Shown in pieces: positions 10,089 to 19,895 of a stretch of DNA of 46,565 nucleotides. Positions within the stretch are counted from its first letter, which is position 1, and every line of letters starts with the position of its first letter. The translations under genes were made by a program, and so were the position numbers. The DNA is from Candidatus Hermodarchaeota archaeon. GTDB taxonomy: Archaea > Asgardarchaeota > Lokiarchaeia > Sigyniarchaeales > SOKP01. The stretch spans positions 1 through 46,565 of the forward strand of contig JBHLLP010000028.1 of assembly GCA_048885525.1 (NCBI GenBank). Reading direction: 5' to 3'. Below the pieces are notes generated by a model that saw only the letters and a program-made list of their open reading frames with translations, was not told the DNA's origin and searched no databases.

Positions 10089-10756
10089 ATGATTTCATTG
10101 AACCTTTTATTAAACATGGTTTATTTCTTTATTATATTTTCATTAATAACTTATTTAGATTTAAAATTTCGAAGAATTCCAAATAAAGTTTTTAAGTTGG
10201 TTTTTAGTATAAGTTTGATTTTTAATATGACTGAGAGTTTTTTGTACCTCAATAACTATTTTATATTTATTTTAAGTAAATTTTTTTTTTTATTTTAACA
10301 TTTCTTCCTTCAATACTATTATTTAATTTAAAAATAATAGGAGGGACTGATGGGAAATTAATAATTTTGATATTTATTACTCATCCTATAAAATATTTAA
10401 ATCTAAACTTAATAATATCTTTCTTTCTGTTATTTTCATTTTGTTTTATTTTAATGTTTATGTTAAACTTTTTCATGAATAATTCAATTAAAAAAAGTTG
10501 TTCATTTATTATCTTTTTTAATTTAAATTTAAGATATTCCTTCCTTAAGAGGTTTTTCATTAAAAGCTTCTATAAATTCTCAAATTATTCAAGGTTATTT
10601 GAGTATAATGAAGAAAAAAAAAAAATTAAGTCTAGTTTATTAATTTTTAATTATGAAAAAGGGTTGGTTGAAGTATTAGTTCAACTTCGTCCACCAATTT
10701 GTATATTAATTATTCTTTCTTATTCATTAGTTTATTTTTTATATCTAGTATTTTAG
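10089..10756 (+). pseudogene. A24 prepilin/preflagellin peptidase, frameshifted at a T11 run (10281-10291)
   Basis: First frame has 'YLDLKFRRIPN' (catalytic Asp1). After a one-base shift at the poly-T the frame continues 'ILTFLPSILLFNLKIIGGTDGKLII' (GxxD Asp2) into track ORF 10367-10756. May be a sequencing error. Confidence 0.75.
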
Positions 10757-10842
10757 TTTAATTAAACTTGAATTAATTTTAAATTAAATAATTTTTATTA
10801 AATTAATGAAAAGTAATAATAATTTAATGGGAAGTATAAAAA

Positions 10843-11239
10843 ATGGAGATTGAAAAAACAAGAGAAACTTCATGGAAAATTCAATTAAAAAAAAACAAGT
10901 GAGAATATTGAAATTACTTCTGTTGAGTTTAGTGGTGAAGTTCGAATAATAAAATTAGCACTTATTAATAATGATAATATTGTGAAAGTTGAGATGAATA
11001 AAGAGGAATTTTTTAATCTTCTAACTTTAATTTCAGCTTTTAAAGACGTTGTTATTGGAGAAGAAACTCTTATATTTGATGAAGAACTGAATTTGATTGA
11101 AAATGAGCAACAGGAGATTCAAGAAGAGGTTCCAAATGTGAATGACAATTTATTTCAAATACACACTGATTCTACTAAAAAAAGTTTTGATAATAATGAT
11201 AAAGAGGAATTAAACCCAGAAGAATGGGATCCTTGGTGA
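10843..11239 (+). pseudogene. PC4-like putative ssDNA-binding protein with acidic tail, frameshifted at an A9 run (10887-10895)
   Basis: ATG at 10843 gives MEIEKTRETSWKIQLKK. Removing one A joins TSENIEITSVEFSGEVRIIKLALINNDNIVKVEMNKEEFFNLL...EEWDPW (track ORF 10982-11239). Fold call is inference. Confidence 0.5.
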
Positions 11240-11251
11240 AATTTTTTAATA

Positions 11252-11737
11252 CTATATTTTTTCTATCCTGAATTCACAGAATTCTAAATTTAAATCCTCA
11301 AGACAACATTGCGTTTCAGAAACATTTACTCTATAGAGTGCAAATTCTCCAACACCTGTTAATAATCCCGTTATAAAATAACAGAAATATTTAGACTTAT
11401 TTTCTAATTCGGAGGAAATGTTATGAAAAAGATCAATGATTATTGAATCCTCTTTAATTTGTTTTGGTACATAACGGCCCCATCCATGATTACTTAATAT
11501 ATTACAGCATTGATTTATTAAATCTTCTAATGATTTTGGTTTTAAATTTTCATCCCAATTTTGTATTAGTGTCCAGCCTGCTTTTTTACCAAGCCAGACT
11601 AATAATGACTTTACCCCCTCTCCATAAATAGAGGATAATATATCGAGTACTTGAGGAGGAAAAAAAACAAATCGATCATTATAGAGGTGATACTTGCCTT
11701 TATTATATTTAAGCCCTTTTAATTTTAAATTTTTCAT
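11252..11737 (-). CDS. V4R domain protein
   Basis: 'GKKAG', 'GWGRY', 'CYFITGLLTG', 'ETQCC...CEF'. Confidence 0.85.
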   Translation of the reverse strand: MKNLKLKGLKYNKGKYHLYNDRFVFFPPQVLDILSSIYGEGVKSLLVWLGKKAGWTLIQNWDENLKPKSLEDLINQCCNILSNHGWGRYVPKQIKEDSIIIDLFHNISSELENKSKYFCYFITGLLTGVGEFALYRVNVSETQCCLEDLNLEFCEFRIEKI

Positions 11738-11892
11738 AATTATTATCAGCGTTTTTTCTTATATAATATTTTCTAACAATTTTAATACCAATGAAAAGAT
11801 AGCTTTGACTAAATCTAATGAGCATAATTTAATTTTATTTTAACTTATAATAAGAGTTGTTTAAATAATTTAATAATCATATAGGATAAGAT

Positions 11893-12192
11893 ATGTTAGA
11901 ATTTAACTTTCTATTCTTTAATTATTTATTGTTTTTTAGCATATCAGTATTTATCTTTATATATTCTGCAATTTCTGTTGATATGTTAACAACGGTAATT
12001 TCTCTAATTATTTTTCTCATTATTTTAATCCCCTTCTATTTAATATTAGAAAAATTAGAAATTTTTGTATATCTCAATAATTTAGATAACATAAGCTTTT
12101 TCAAATTACTATTTGTTTGTTCAAGACTAATAATTATATTTATTGGGGTTTATTTAATTATAGAATCGATTTACCTTTTTATAGCTTCATAA
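11893..12192 (+). CDS. Small membrane protein (about 3 TM)
   Basis: Three hydrophobic segments; GGA SD-like motif upstream. Confidence 0.55.
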   Translation: MLEFNFLFFNYLLFFSISVFIFIYSAISVDMLTTVISLIIFLIILIPFYLILEKLEIFVYLNNLDNISFFKLLFVCSRLIIIFIGVYLIIESIYLFIAS

Positions 12193-12209
12193 TCAAACAG
12201 ATATTTGTT

Positions 12210-13736
12210 TCAAATGATATATAATGTATTTATAAATGATGAAATAAATGTTAAAATAAATATTGTGTTAGAAATAAAGATAATTAACGACTTCTTCTGA
12301 TACTTAATAATATTCAAGAAATTATTAGCAGTTATTGAAATACTTGCGATGAATACAAAAGAGATCAAAATTAAATAATACATATTAATAAGATTTGTGA
12401 AACCAATTTCGCCTATAGGAGTACTTGAATTAGTATTTTTAGTTATTAATATAAAGAAAGGAAACATGCCCGAAATTGCCCCAATTATTATTGGTAAGAG
12501 AAAAATAAAGAAGAATATTTTAAATTTTTCTCCTTTGATAATTATATCTAATCTGTTTTCAAGTTTTTGGTGCTGGTGCAAAATTTCCAAAATATCAATT
12601 ATTTTTTCAGAAGTATAAGTCGCATTTTCAGTTACAAATTTCTCGATAATGTCCAATATTATGTTATAACGCATGGATTTCAATTCTAACTTAAAAAATT
12701 GTATTATGTCGTGAAATGAACAACTAAAGTTCAAAAGTCGAGTTATTTGATTTTTTAATGGAAATACAAGAATCTCATATAAATTCTTATTCAACATGTA
12801 TGATTTTAAAAAAGCTTTTTCTGGTGAAACCTTGCTTTTTAAATTTATAGCTAGACTTTTTAGAAATAATAAAAATTCATTAAATTTTTTCCTTTCCATA
12901 TTTGAGTTTTTATTCAGAAAACCAATCAAATATGTGTTTTTATTAACAAATTTAGAGCATAAATAATTTAAAAAGTATAAAAAGAAAGGAATTATGAAAA
13001 TTAAAATTATTAAATTTATTAATTGAAATAAAATCAAAAAGCACAATCCTATTGGAAAAAACATCCCTATAAAAAATATAATACTAATTTTGGATTGGAC
13101 TTCTCTTAAATAAATTTTAAAGTTTTTTTCTAATGTATTTTCTTTAACCTCATTGAATTCGTGCTTATAATCAAAATTATTGATAAATAACTCGTGTAAA
13201 TATTCATTAAAATCCTCAGATGGGGTTATAACCTTTAATAATTCGTTTTCTGGGGTATTACCTTCATGAATACTTTTTAGTATATTTTCAAAATGACCTA
13301 ATAATGGAATCTTATAATCTTTAATTAACTTTATAAAATATATACAATGGTCAGAGTTTTTATTTAAAGTTTCTCGAATTAAAGAAAAATCTATCTTGAT
13401 TAAGTAAAGTATAGCATTTATATCTGATTCTATTTTGTTAATTTCATTATAGAGAATTAAATTGAATTTATATGAAAGAATTGTAGATAAAATTAGTGAA
13501 TACAAAATTGTTATTATAATATTGAACTCTAATAGAATTAATGAGAGTAATACAATTATGCCAAATGAGAAAATAAAAATTATAAAACTAGCCCTGTTAA
13601 TACTATCTTCATCAATTTTATATACCTTTCTGTAATAATGATTATATCTTTCATTTAATACCTTAAATCTTAATTTTGGTAAAAAATGATGGTTAAATTT
13701 ACGACAAAATATAATGTATTTTTCCAGATTTTTCAT
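12210..13736 (-). CDS. TadB/TadC-like (T2SS F family) pilus platform membrane protein
   Basis: Duplicated TM-cytoplasmic-TM architecture ('HEGNTPENEL', 'SKVSPEKAF'); in operon downstream of the secretion ATPase. Confidence 0.7.
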   Translation of the reverse strand: MKNLEKYIIFCRKFNHHFLPKLRFKVLNERYNHYYRKVYKIDEDSINRASFIIFIFSFGIIVLLSLILLEFNIIITILYSLILSTILSYKFNLILYNEINKIESDINAILYLIKIDFSLIRETLNKNSDHCIYFIKLIKDYKIPLLGHFENILKSIHEGNTPENELLKVITPSEDFNEYLHELFINNFDYKHEFNEVKENTLEKNFKIYLREVQSKISIIFFIGMFFPIGLCFLILFQLINLIILIFIIPFFLYFLNYLCSKFVNKNTYLIGFLNKNSNMERKKFNEFLLFLKSLAINLKSKVSPEKAFLKSYMLNKNLYEILVFPLKNQITRLLNFSCSFHDIIQFFKLELKSMRYNIILDIIEKFVTENATYTSEKIIDILEILHQHQKLENRLDIIIKGEKFKIFFFIFLLPIIIGAISGMFPFFILITKNTNSSTPIGEIGFTNLINMYYLILISFVFIASISITANNFLNIIKYQKKSLIIFISNTIFILTFISSFINTLYII

Positions 13737-13749
13737 GTAATTGGAATTT

Positions 13750-14172
13750 TTAGTTTAAATTAATAATATTAACCTTTATTAAAATCGAACTGCGAGTAAT
13801 ATTTAAAAGATATATATTGGGGGGAATTTGGTGAAAATTTTTCATCACAAACTGCTCATTATACTCCAAAATTTTACAACATATTTTCCCTTCGATAATA
13901 AATTCGTATTTAGCAATATTATCATAAAAAGAAATGTTTAAATTATCTGGATATTCAATTCTTTTAAGATAAATTTCATCTATGTTTTGAACTACATACT
14001 CAATACCATTACTGATTTCATCAATAATAATCATATATGATTCTAATTTATTCTTTTCAATATAATTAAACTCTGTTAAACTTCCCAAAAAAGGAATTAA
14101 AATCGAAGAAAAAATCGTTAGCGAAAAAATCCCAAACCCAATTAATAAAGTTTTTTCTATTAGGTTTGACAT
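13750..14172 (-). CDS. Pilin-like protein (minor pilin)
   Basis: N-terminal 'SNLIEKTLLIGFGIFSLTIF' hydrophobic helix with early Glu; lies between the ATPase and platform genes. Confidence 0.55.
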   Translation of the reverse strand: MSNLIEKTLLIGFGIFSLTIFSSILIPFLGSLTEFNYIEKNKLESYMIIIDEISNGIEYVVQNIDEIYLKRIEYPDNLNISFYDNIAKYEFIIEGKICCKILEYNEQFVMKNFHQIPPNIYLLNITRSSILIKVNIINLN

Positions 14173-14188
14173 AACGTTGAATATAAAT

Positions 14189-16372
14189 TTAAGAATTTAA
14201 ACCTCGATTCTTTTTCCATTTATTCCAAAATCGTTTTAAGTGGTTAATAGATCGTAAAGAGTAATATGAAATTCTGTGAAAGAATTCAACCAATTCATTA
14301 TTACCTAATTTATCAGTTGTAATTAAAAATTCAAATATTTCACTATATGTTTTAATGATAGTATGGAATTCTTCTTTAGTTAAAGCTTCATATCTTAAAA
14401 GATCAAAAATCACATTTGTTTCATATAGAGATTTAGTTAATAACCATTCTTTTGTTTCAGGATTATATCTGAAAATCGAATTATATAATGATTTTTTTGT
14501 ATCAGGTGATCTACATACTTCAAACAACCCCACAACTCTTCTTATATGAAACTCTTTTTTCATTAAAATAATTAAATCTAAATCATTTAGACATGATTTA
14601 TTTATTTTAAAGTGATATATAAAACGATTCATGAGAGAATCAATGTCTCTCGAGTGAATTGTTTGAAATCCTCTCAAACCGGCAGCGAGACAATGAAACA
14701 TGGCTAATGCTTCATTTTTTGTTAAAATTTCACCTAGATAGATAATATCAGGTGTTCTATGTAAGAGTGTTTTAATTTGATTACTTTTTGAATAATTTTC
14801 TGAGATTGATTCTTCTAATGAATCTACTTGATATTTTAATTGATGTTTACCATATTCAAACTGGCTCAATGATTCCGTAATATTTTCGATATATATCTTC
14901 CTAAATTCTTTTGGTGTTAATAAATCTAAAGCATTGATTAAGGTTGTTTTTCCTGTATCCGTTTCACCAGTAACTGTAATGTTTTTCCTTCGAAGAATAT
15001 TAAAATATAAAAATGTTGCTATTAATGGATCTAAGGTTCTATTTTTAAGCAAATCTTGTATAGTTAAAATATTTTTATTTAACTTTCTGATATCTAAAGC
15101 AAAATTATTTATTTGAATTGGTTCAACATCGATTGAGAATCTACAATGAAAATATTTATTCTTAATAACAAATTTAATTGTTGGATTCATAAAATCAAGC
15201 CTCTTGCCACTATATAATCTTATTAAAGTTTTAATACGTTCGATCTCTTTAAAATTAAATCTTATATACGTTCGGCATCTTCCATAGGTTTGGTGATTTA
15301 TATAAATTTCATCTTCTGGTGAATCTAGGAATATTTCTTCAATAAAATCATCGATTAATAAAGGAAATAATTTTTCTAAGTTCAACTTTTTCAATACTGT
15401 GATAAATGCAATTTTTTTTTTCATAAGTTTCGAAAAATGATATTTTAAATTCAATATTTTTAATGCCTCTTTTTCATATAGGTTTATTAGACTTTCTATA
15501 GAGATTAATTGATCAAATTCAGCCATATCTATATTATGATAAATATCTTGAACGATCTTTTCGAAATAATCTTCTTGTTGTTCATTATTATAAAAGAAAT
15601 CAACTTTGTAATTCTTTTCAATTTCATGTGAACTTTCAAATATATAAACCTTAAAAATATCATACTTTCCCGTATTATAAGTATTTAATAATTTTTTCTC
15701 CTTGTTTAACTCTTCAAATTGAATTTTTTGAATATTTTTTGATATAAATTGATTTCCTAAAAAGAGATATTCATAGAAATTAGATTTATTTTTGGAATCT
15801 TTGCTTCTTGACTGGAAATCTTTAAATTTTTTAATAATATTCAAATTACTAAGAATTTTCATGCAGGATTTTTCTGATGTTTCGAGAGTATTAATACAAT
15901 TTTGACAAATTGAATCGTTAATAGTTTTCTTGTCTTGTAAATTTGATAATCTCTTTTCCAAATTAATATAAACCAAAATCGGATTATAATATTCCATATT
16001 TTTAATTTTATAAAAAGAAAAGTAATGTGGAATGACTTTACATTTGAAATTTTTATATTTACATTTTTGGTTTCTAATATTGTCGATTTTACGATTTATC
16101 CTTTTTATTTTTTTTAAAATTCGGAAATAATCTAAAATTAAATTGAATTGATTAGTTTTTATTAAAATCTCATTACATAATATAGAGATAAAGTCAAATT
16201 TTCTATTTCGATATTCAAATAACGCGTTTAAAAAACACTTTAAGCACTTTTCTGATTTAAAGATATTAATTTCTTTGAGAGAACAGTTATAACAATCCAA
16301 AATCAAAAATATCTCTTTTTTGCCTTCTAAATTATCTTTTTCTTTGAAATATACCAGATCTTTCAGAGCCAT
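14189..16372 (-). CDS. Type IV pilus/Tad (CpaF/TadA/VirB11-like) secretion ATPase with Cys-rich N-terminus
   Basis: 'LLIDDFIEEI', Walker A GETDTGKTT, 'IYIEN', 'LHRTPDIIYLGEI', 'GFQTIHS'. Confidence 0.9.
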   Translation of the reverse strand: MALKDLVYFKEKDNLEGKKEIFLILDCYNCSLKEINIFKSEKCLKCFLNALFEYRNRKFDFISILCNEILIKTNQFNLILDYFRILKKIKRINRKIDNIRNQKCKYKNFKCKVIPHYFSFYKIKNMEYYNPILVYINLEKRLSNLQDKKTINDSICQNCINTLETSEKSCMKILSNLNIIKKFKDFQSRSKDSKNKSNFYEYLFLGNQFISKNIQKIQFEELNKEKKLLNTYNTGKYDIFKVYIFESSHEIEKNYKVDFFYNNEQQEDYFEKIVQDIYHNIDMAEFDQLISIESLINLYEKEALKILNLKYHFSKLMKKKIAFITVLKKLNLEKLFPLLIDDFIEEIFLDSPEDEIYINHQTYGRCRTYIRFNFKEIERIKTLIRLYSGKRLDFMNPTIKFVIKNKYFHCRFSIDVEPIQINNFALDIRKLNKNILTIQDLLKNRTLDPLIATFLYFNILRRKNITVTGETDTGKTTLINALDLLTPKEFRKIYIENITESLSQFEYGKHQLKYQVDSLEESISENYSKSNQIKTLLHRTPDIIYLGEILTKNEALAMFHCLAAGLRGFQTIHSRDIDSLMNRFIYHFKINKSCLNDLDLIILMKKEFHIRRVVGLFEVCRSPDTKKSLYNSIFRYNPETKEWLLTKSLYETNVIFDLLRYEALTKEEFHTIIKTYSEIFEFLITTDKLGNNELVEFFHRISYYSLRSINHLKRFWNKWKKNRGLNS

Positions 16373-16504
16373 TTAAACATTTTTTATAAAGAAGAATTTA
16401 AATTACTCACTTTTATCCCTAAGCGAAGATTAGCAAAATAAAATATAAATGAAAAAATTTATTTATTTTAAAAAATTCATTCCCAAAAGTTAATGTGATA
16501 AATA

Positions 16505-17524
16505 ATGGCTCATCGCAAGAAACACGCACCCAGACATGGATCACTAGCATTTCTACCTAGAAAGAGAGCAACGCAAGTAAAAGGTCGAATACGAAACTGG
16601 TTGGATAGCTCAGATGAGATTAATTTTCTTGGTTTTGCTGGATTCAAAGCAGGAATGACTCATATAACTTATATTGAGGATCAAAGAAATAGTCCATATT
16701 ATGGAAAAGAATTAATGAAGCCGGTAACTATTATTGAAGTCCCGCCATTAATCCTTATAGGAATTAGAGTTTATAATAAAGATGATTATGGTAAGTATAT
16801 TGTTGGAGAACTGTTTACTAATGAATTCAACAATTTTTTATCTAGAAAAATAAATCTTCCTAATCTTGATAATTATGATCTTAAGGCTTCTAAAAAAGAA
16901 ATACTGAAAATAATGAATGACACGAGTGAAATTAGGGGCATTTTTCAAACACAGCCATACCAAACATCATTACCTAGAAAAAAACCAGATATTATTGAAA
17001 TAAAAATTAATTCAATAAAAAATTCTAAAGATGAATTCAATTTTGCTTATCAAAATTTGGGTAAAGAGATCAGAGTTCGAGATGTTTTAACTGAAGGTGA
17101 ATTAGTTGATGTTGTTGGTGTTACTAAAGGAAAAGGCTTTCAAGGTCCAGTAAAGAGATTTGGGGTTAAAATTTTAACTCGTAAAAATAGTAAAATAAGA
17201 AGAGCCGTTGCCTGTATTGGTCCATGGCATCCCGCTAGAGTTCTTTATACAGTTCCACGTGCTGGTCAATTAGGTTTTCACCAACGAATTGAATACCATA
17301 AAAGAATTATGTTAATCGGTGAAAATGAAGAAGAAATTAATCCAAAAGGTGGATTTTTAAGATATGGTAAGATTCAGGGTGATTATATTTTAATATTAGG
17401 GTCTATTCCTGGACCTAAAAAAAGATTAATTAGATTAAGAAAAACAATCAGACCACTAAAATCTTTTGTTGTTGATACTCCTGAGATTACTTTTATAAGC
17501 CGAGAAAGTCAACAAAGAAAATAA
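16505..17524 (+). CDS. rpl3: 50S ribosomal protein L3
   Basis: HAPRHGSLAFLPRKRA, GFKAGMTH, TKGKGFQGPVKRFG. Confidence 0.98.
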   Translation: MAHRKKHAPRHGSLAFLPRKRATQVKGRIRNWLDSSDEINFLGFAGFKAGMTHITYIEDQRNSPYYGKELMKPVTIIEVPPLILIGIRVYNKDDYGKYIVGELFTNEFNNFLSRKINLPNLDNYDLKASKKEILKIMNDTSEIRGIFQTQPYQTSLPRKKPDIIEIKINSIKNSKDEFNFAYQNLGKEIRVRDVLTEGELVDVVGVTKGKGFQGPVKRFGVKILTRKNSKIRRAVACIGPWHPARVLYTVPRAGQLGFHQRIEYHKRIMLIGENEEEINPKGGFLRYGKIQGDYILILGSIPGPKKRLIRLRKTIRPLKSFVVDTPEITFISRESQQRK

Positions 17525-17545
17525 ACCTTAAACTATGGTGAAATT

Positions 17546-18334
17546 ATGGAAAAAATTAATATTTATAATTTAGACGGAGAGAAAAAAGGATTAATTGATA
17601 AGCCAAAAATATTTTATATAAAACCCAGAATTGATCTTATCAAAACAGTAAGTGCTGGTTCTCAAAGTAAAAATAAACAAGAACAAGGAAGAGATAAAAG
17701 AGCCGGATTAAGAAATACTGCCGAGAGTTGGGGAACTGGACATGGAATATCAAGAGCACCTAGAATCAAAGGGAGTGGGTTTCCTACTGCTAGAAATGTA
17801 GGGAGAGTCCCTTTTGCTAAGGGAGGTCGACGGACACATCCAATAAAAGTAGAAAAGAAAATTAAAAAAAAGATTAACAAACGAGTAAACAAACAATCTA
17901 TAATTGCTGCCATTTCTGCTTCTGGTGATAAAACTTGGGTTAAAAGAGGAGGATTTTTGATTGAAAATGTTCCTGAAATCCCATTAGTTGTTGATGATAA
18001 GATTCAAACAATAAAAAACACTTCTAAAATTTATTCCGTTTTATGCAATTTGGGAGTAAAAGAGGATTTAATTAAAATTAAAAAAAGTAAAAAAATTAGA
18101 GCTGGAAAAGGGAAGTCAAGAGGTCGAAAATATAAAAAAAAGAAAGGGCTCTTAATCATTATAAAAGATGATTTTGGAATTATAAAAGCTACAAGAAATA
18201 TTCCTGGAACAGATGTTATTAAAGTTGAGAATCTATCAGTCGAAACTTTAGCACCAGGTGGGACATCGGGTAGATTGATACTTTGGACTCAATCTGCTTT
18301 TGATGAATTAAACAATTATGAGGTGTTTATTTAA
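17546..18334 (+). CDS. rpl4: 50S ribosomal protein L4
   Basis: AESWGTGHGISRAPR, RAGKGKSRGRKY, LAPGG. Confidence 0.98.
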   Translation: MEKINIYNLDGEKKGLIDKPKIFYIKPRIDLIKTVSAGSQSKNKQEQGRDKRAGLRNTAESWGTGHGISRAPRIKGSGFPTARNVGRVPFAKGGRRTHPIKVEKKIKKKINKRVNKQSIIAAISASGDKTWVKRGGFLIENVPEIPLVVDDKIQTIKNTSKIYSVLCNLGVKEDLIKIKKSKKIRAGKGKSRGRKYKKKKGLLIIIKDDFGIIKATRNIPGTDVIKVENLSVETLAPGGTSGRLILWTQSAFDELNNYEVFI

Positions 18335-18598
18335 ATGGAAGTAATATATAAAATTGTTAAAAAACCATTAATAACTGAAAAAACTTTTGATTTAATCGAA
18401 AAAGAGAATAAATTGGTATTTATTGTAAATATTAATGCCAATAAGAATCAAATTAAAAGAGCTATTGAAAAATTACATAATGTTAAAGTATTAAAAGTTA
18501 ATACTATGATTACACCTAAAGGTGAAAAAAAAGCTTTTGTAAAACTACATCCAGAATATTCAGCGCAAGATATCGCCATTGATTTGGGCATTTTTTAA
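18335..18598 (+). CDS. rpl23: 50S ribosomal protein L23
   Basis: PLITEK...ENKLVFIV...[18 protein letters not shown]. Confidence 0.98.
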   Translation: MEVIYKIVKKPLITEKTFDLIEKENKLVFIVNINANKNQIKRAIEKLHNVKVLKVNTMITPKGEKKAFVKLHPEYSAQDIAIDLGIF

Positions 18599-19716
18599 CT
18601 GTTTATTTTTTTAAATTCTGGATAATTAAAGTTTTGTATGTCCTTTGGATGGACTATTTTAATATTTTCTATTAATTTTAATGATTTAGCTTCTTTTAGT
18701 TTTTTATATTCTAATTCATTATTGATTAAGATATAGATTATGTATTTTGGATAATATTTTTTAAGGATTCTTATTATATATTTAGAATCTAGCTTTTCTA
18801 ATATTATGAATAAATAATTTTGCTCAATAAAGATTAAGGTTTTATCTAATCTAATGTATTCGATTTGATTGTTTAGTAAGTTTTGTTCTATTTTCTTATT
18901 AATTTCTGACATAGCTAGTTGATTATGTTCAATTTTAGGTAAAAACAGATCTAAACATTCATTCAGTAAATAAAAGCTATCATTCAGTTCTAGTCTCCAA
19001 ATGTAGTTAAAAATTGTCCTTATTCTAACATTTTGTTTTTTAACTAAATCAGTTTGAAAAAAGTTATTAACTATTTCCTCGAGATTAGCAGATTTGTCAG
19101 AAAGTTCATATTCTTCAACGAAAAAAGAGGATAATTTAATGTTGTCGTTATTATCTATCTTAAAATTGCATATTAATATCCCTTTTCTCCCAAGATTATT
19201 AATTAGTTTTAAGAAGTTTAATATAAATGAATCTCTTTTTTTAATAAGATCTAAATTAAGAAGAAAAAAATTAAAAAGTTTTGAATTATTGTTGCTTGAA
19301 ATTTGTAGAGAATCAGATAATCTAGTAATGGACGTATTAGAATTTATATCTTGAGAAATAATAGATAAAAATTTAGACTCTAAATTCTTTTCTTTCAAAA
19401 ATTTAAGAGGTTCATTAGTTTCAATTAATTTTTGTTGGATAAAATTAAATGATTTAATTATTATTTCTTTTTTAGAATCTTCAAAGTTTAGAATTAATAA
19501 TTTTTCGCTTTTTTCTTGAGTATCCATTTGGATAGCATAATATTGAATTACTTTATTTCTTAAAAAGTCATTTAGAATCGAATGAATTGATTTAAATTCA
19601 TGATAATCTATTATAGTAAAGGCAATTATCTTCTCATTTCTTCCTAGATTTTTATAAAAAAGAAGTTGATTTTCAATTATATAGCCGAATAGTTTATACT
19701 TGCCCTTTTTAACCAT
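18595..19716 (-). CDS. Hypothetical protein (373 aa)
   Basis: Long ORF convergent on rpl23 with a 4-nt overlap; no recognised motif. Confidence 0.75.
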   Translation of the reverse strand: MVKKGKYKLFGYIIENQLLFYKNLGRNEKIIAFTIIDYHEFKSIHSILNDFLRNKVIQYYAIQMDTQEKSEKLLILNFEDSKKEIIIKSFNFIQQKLIETNEPLKFLKEKNLESKFLSIISQDINSNTSITRLSDSLQISSNNNSKLFNFFLLNLDLIKKRDSFILNFLKLINNLGRKGILICNFKIDNNDNIKLSSFFVEEYELSDKSANLEEIVNNFFQTDLVKKQNVRIRTIFNYIWRLELNDSFYLLNECLDLFLPKIEHNQLAMSEINKKIEQNLLNNQIEYIRLDKTLIFIEQNYLFIILEKLDSKYIIRILKKYYPKYIIYILINNELEYKKLKEAKSLKLIENIKIVHPKDIQNFNYPEFKKINS

Positions 19717-19895
19717 ATCACTAATACTTTTGATAAAACTTATAAAAACTGAAATGTTTTATTTTTCATTCCAAGTTCCAGAAATATGTTTTATTTTTCT
19801 ATAAATTTCTAATTTTCTGACTAAAAATTTATCAGAAAATTCTGTTATTTCTCAGCAAAAATATCCAAAACGATATTCTTAACTTTAATCTATAT

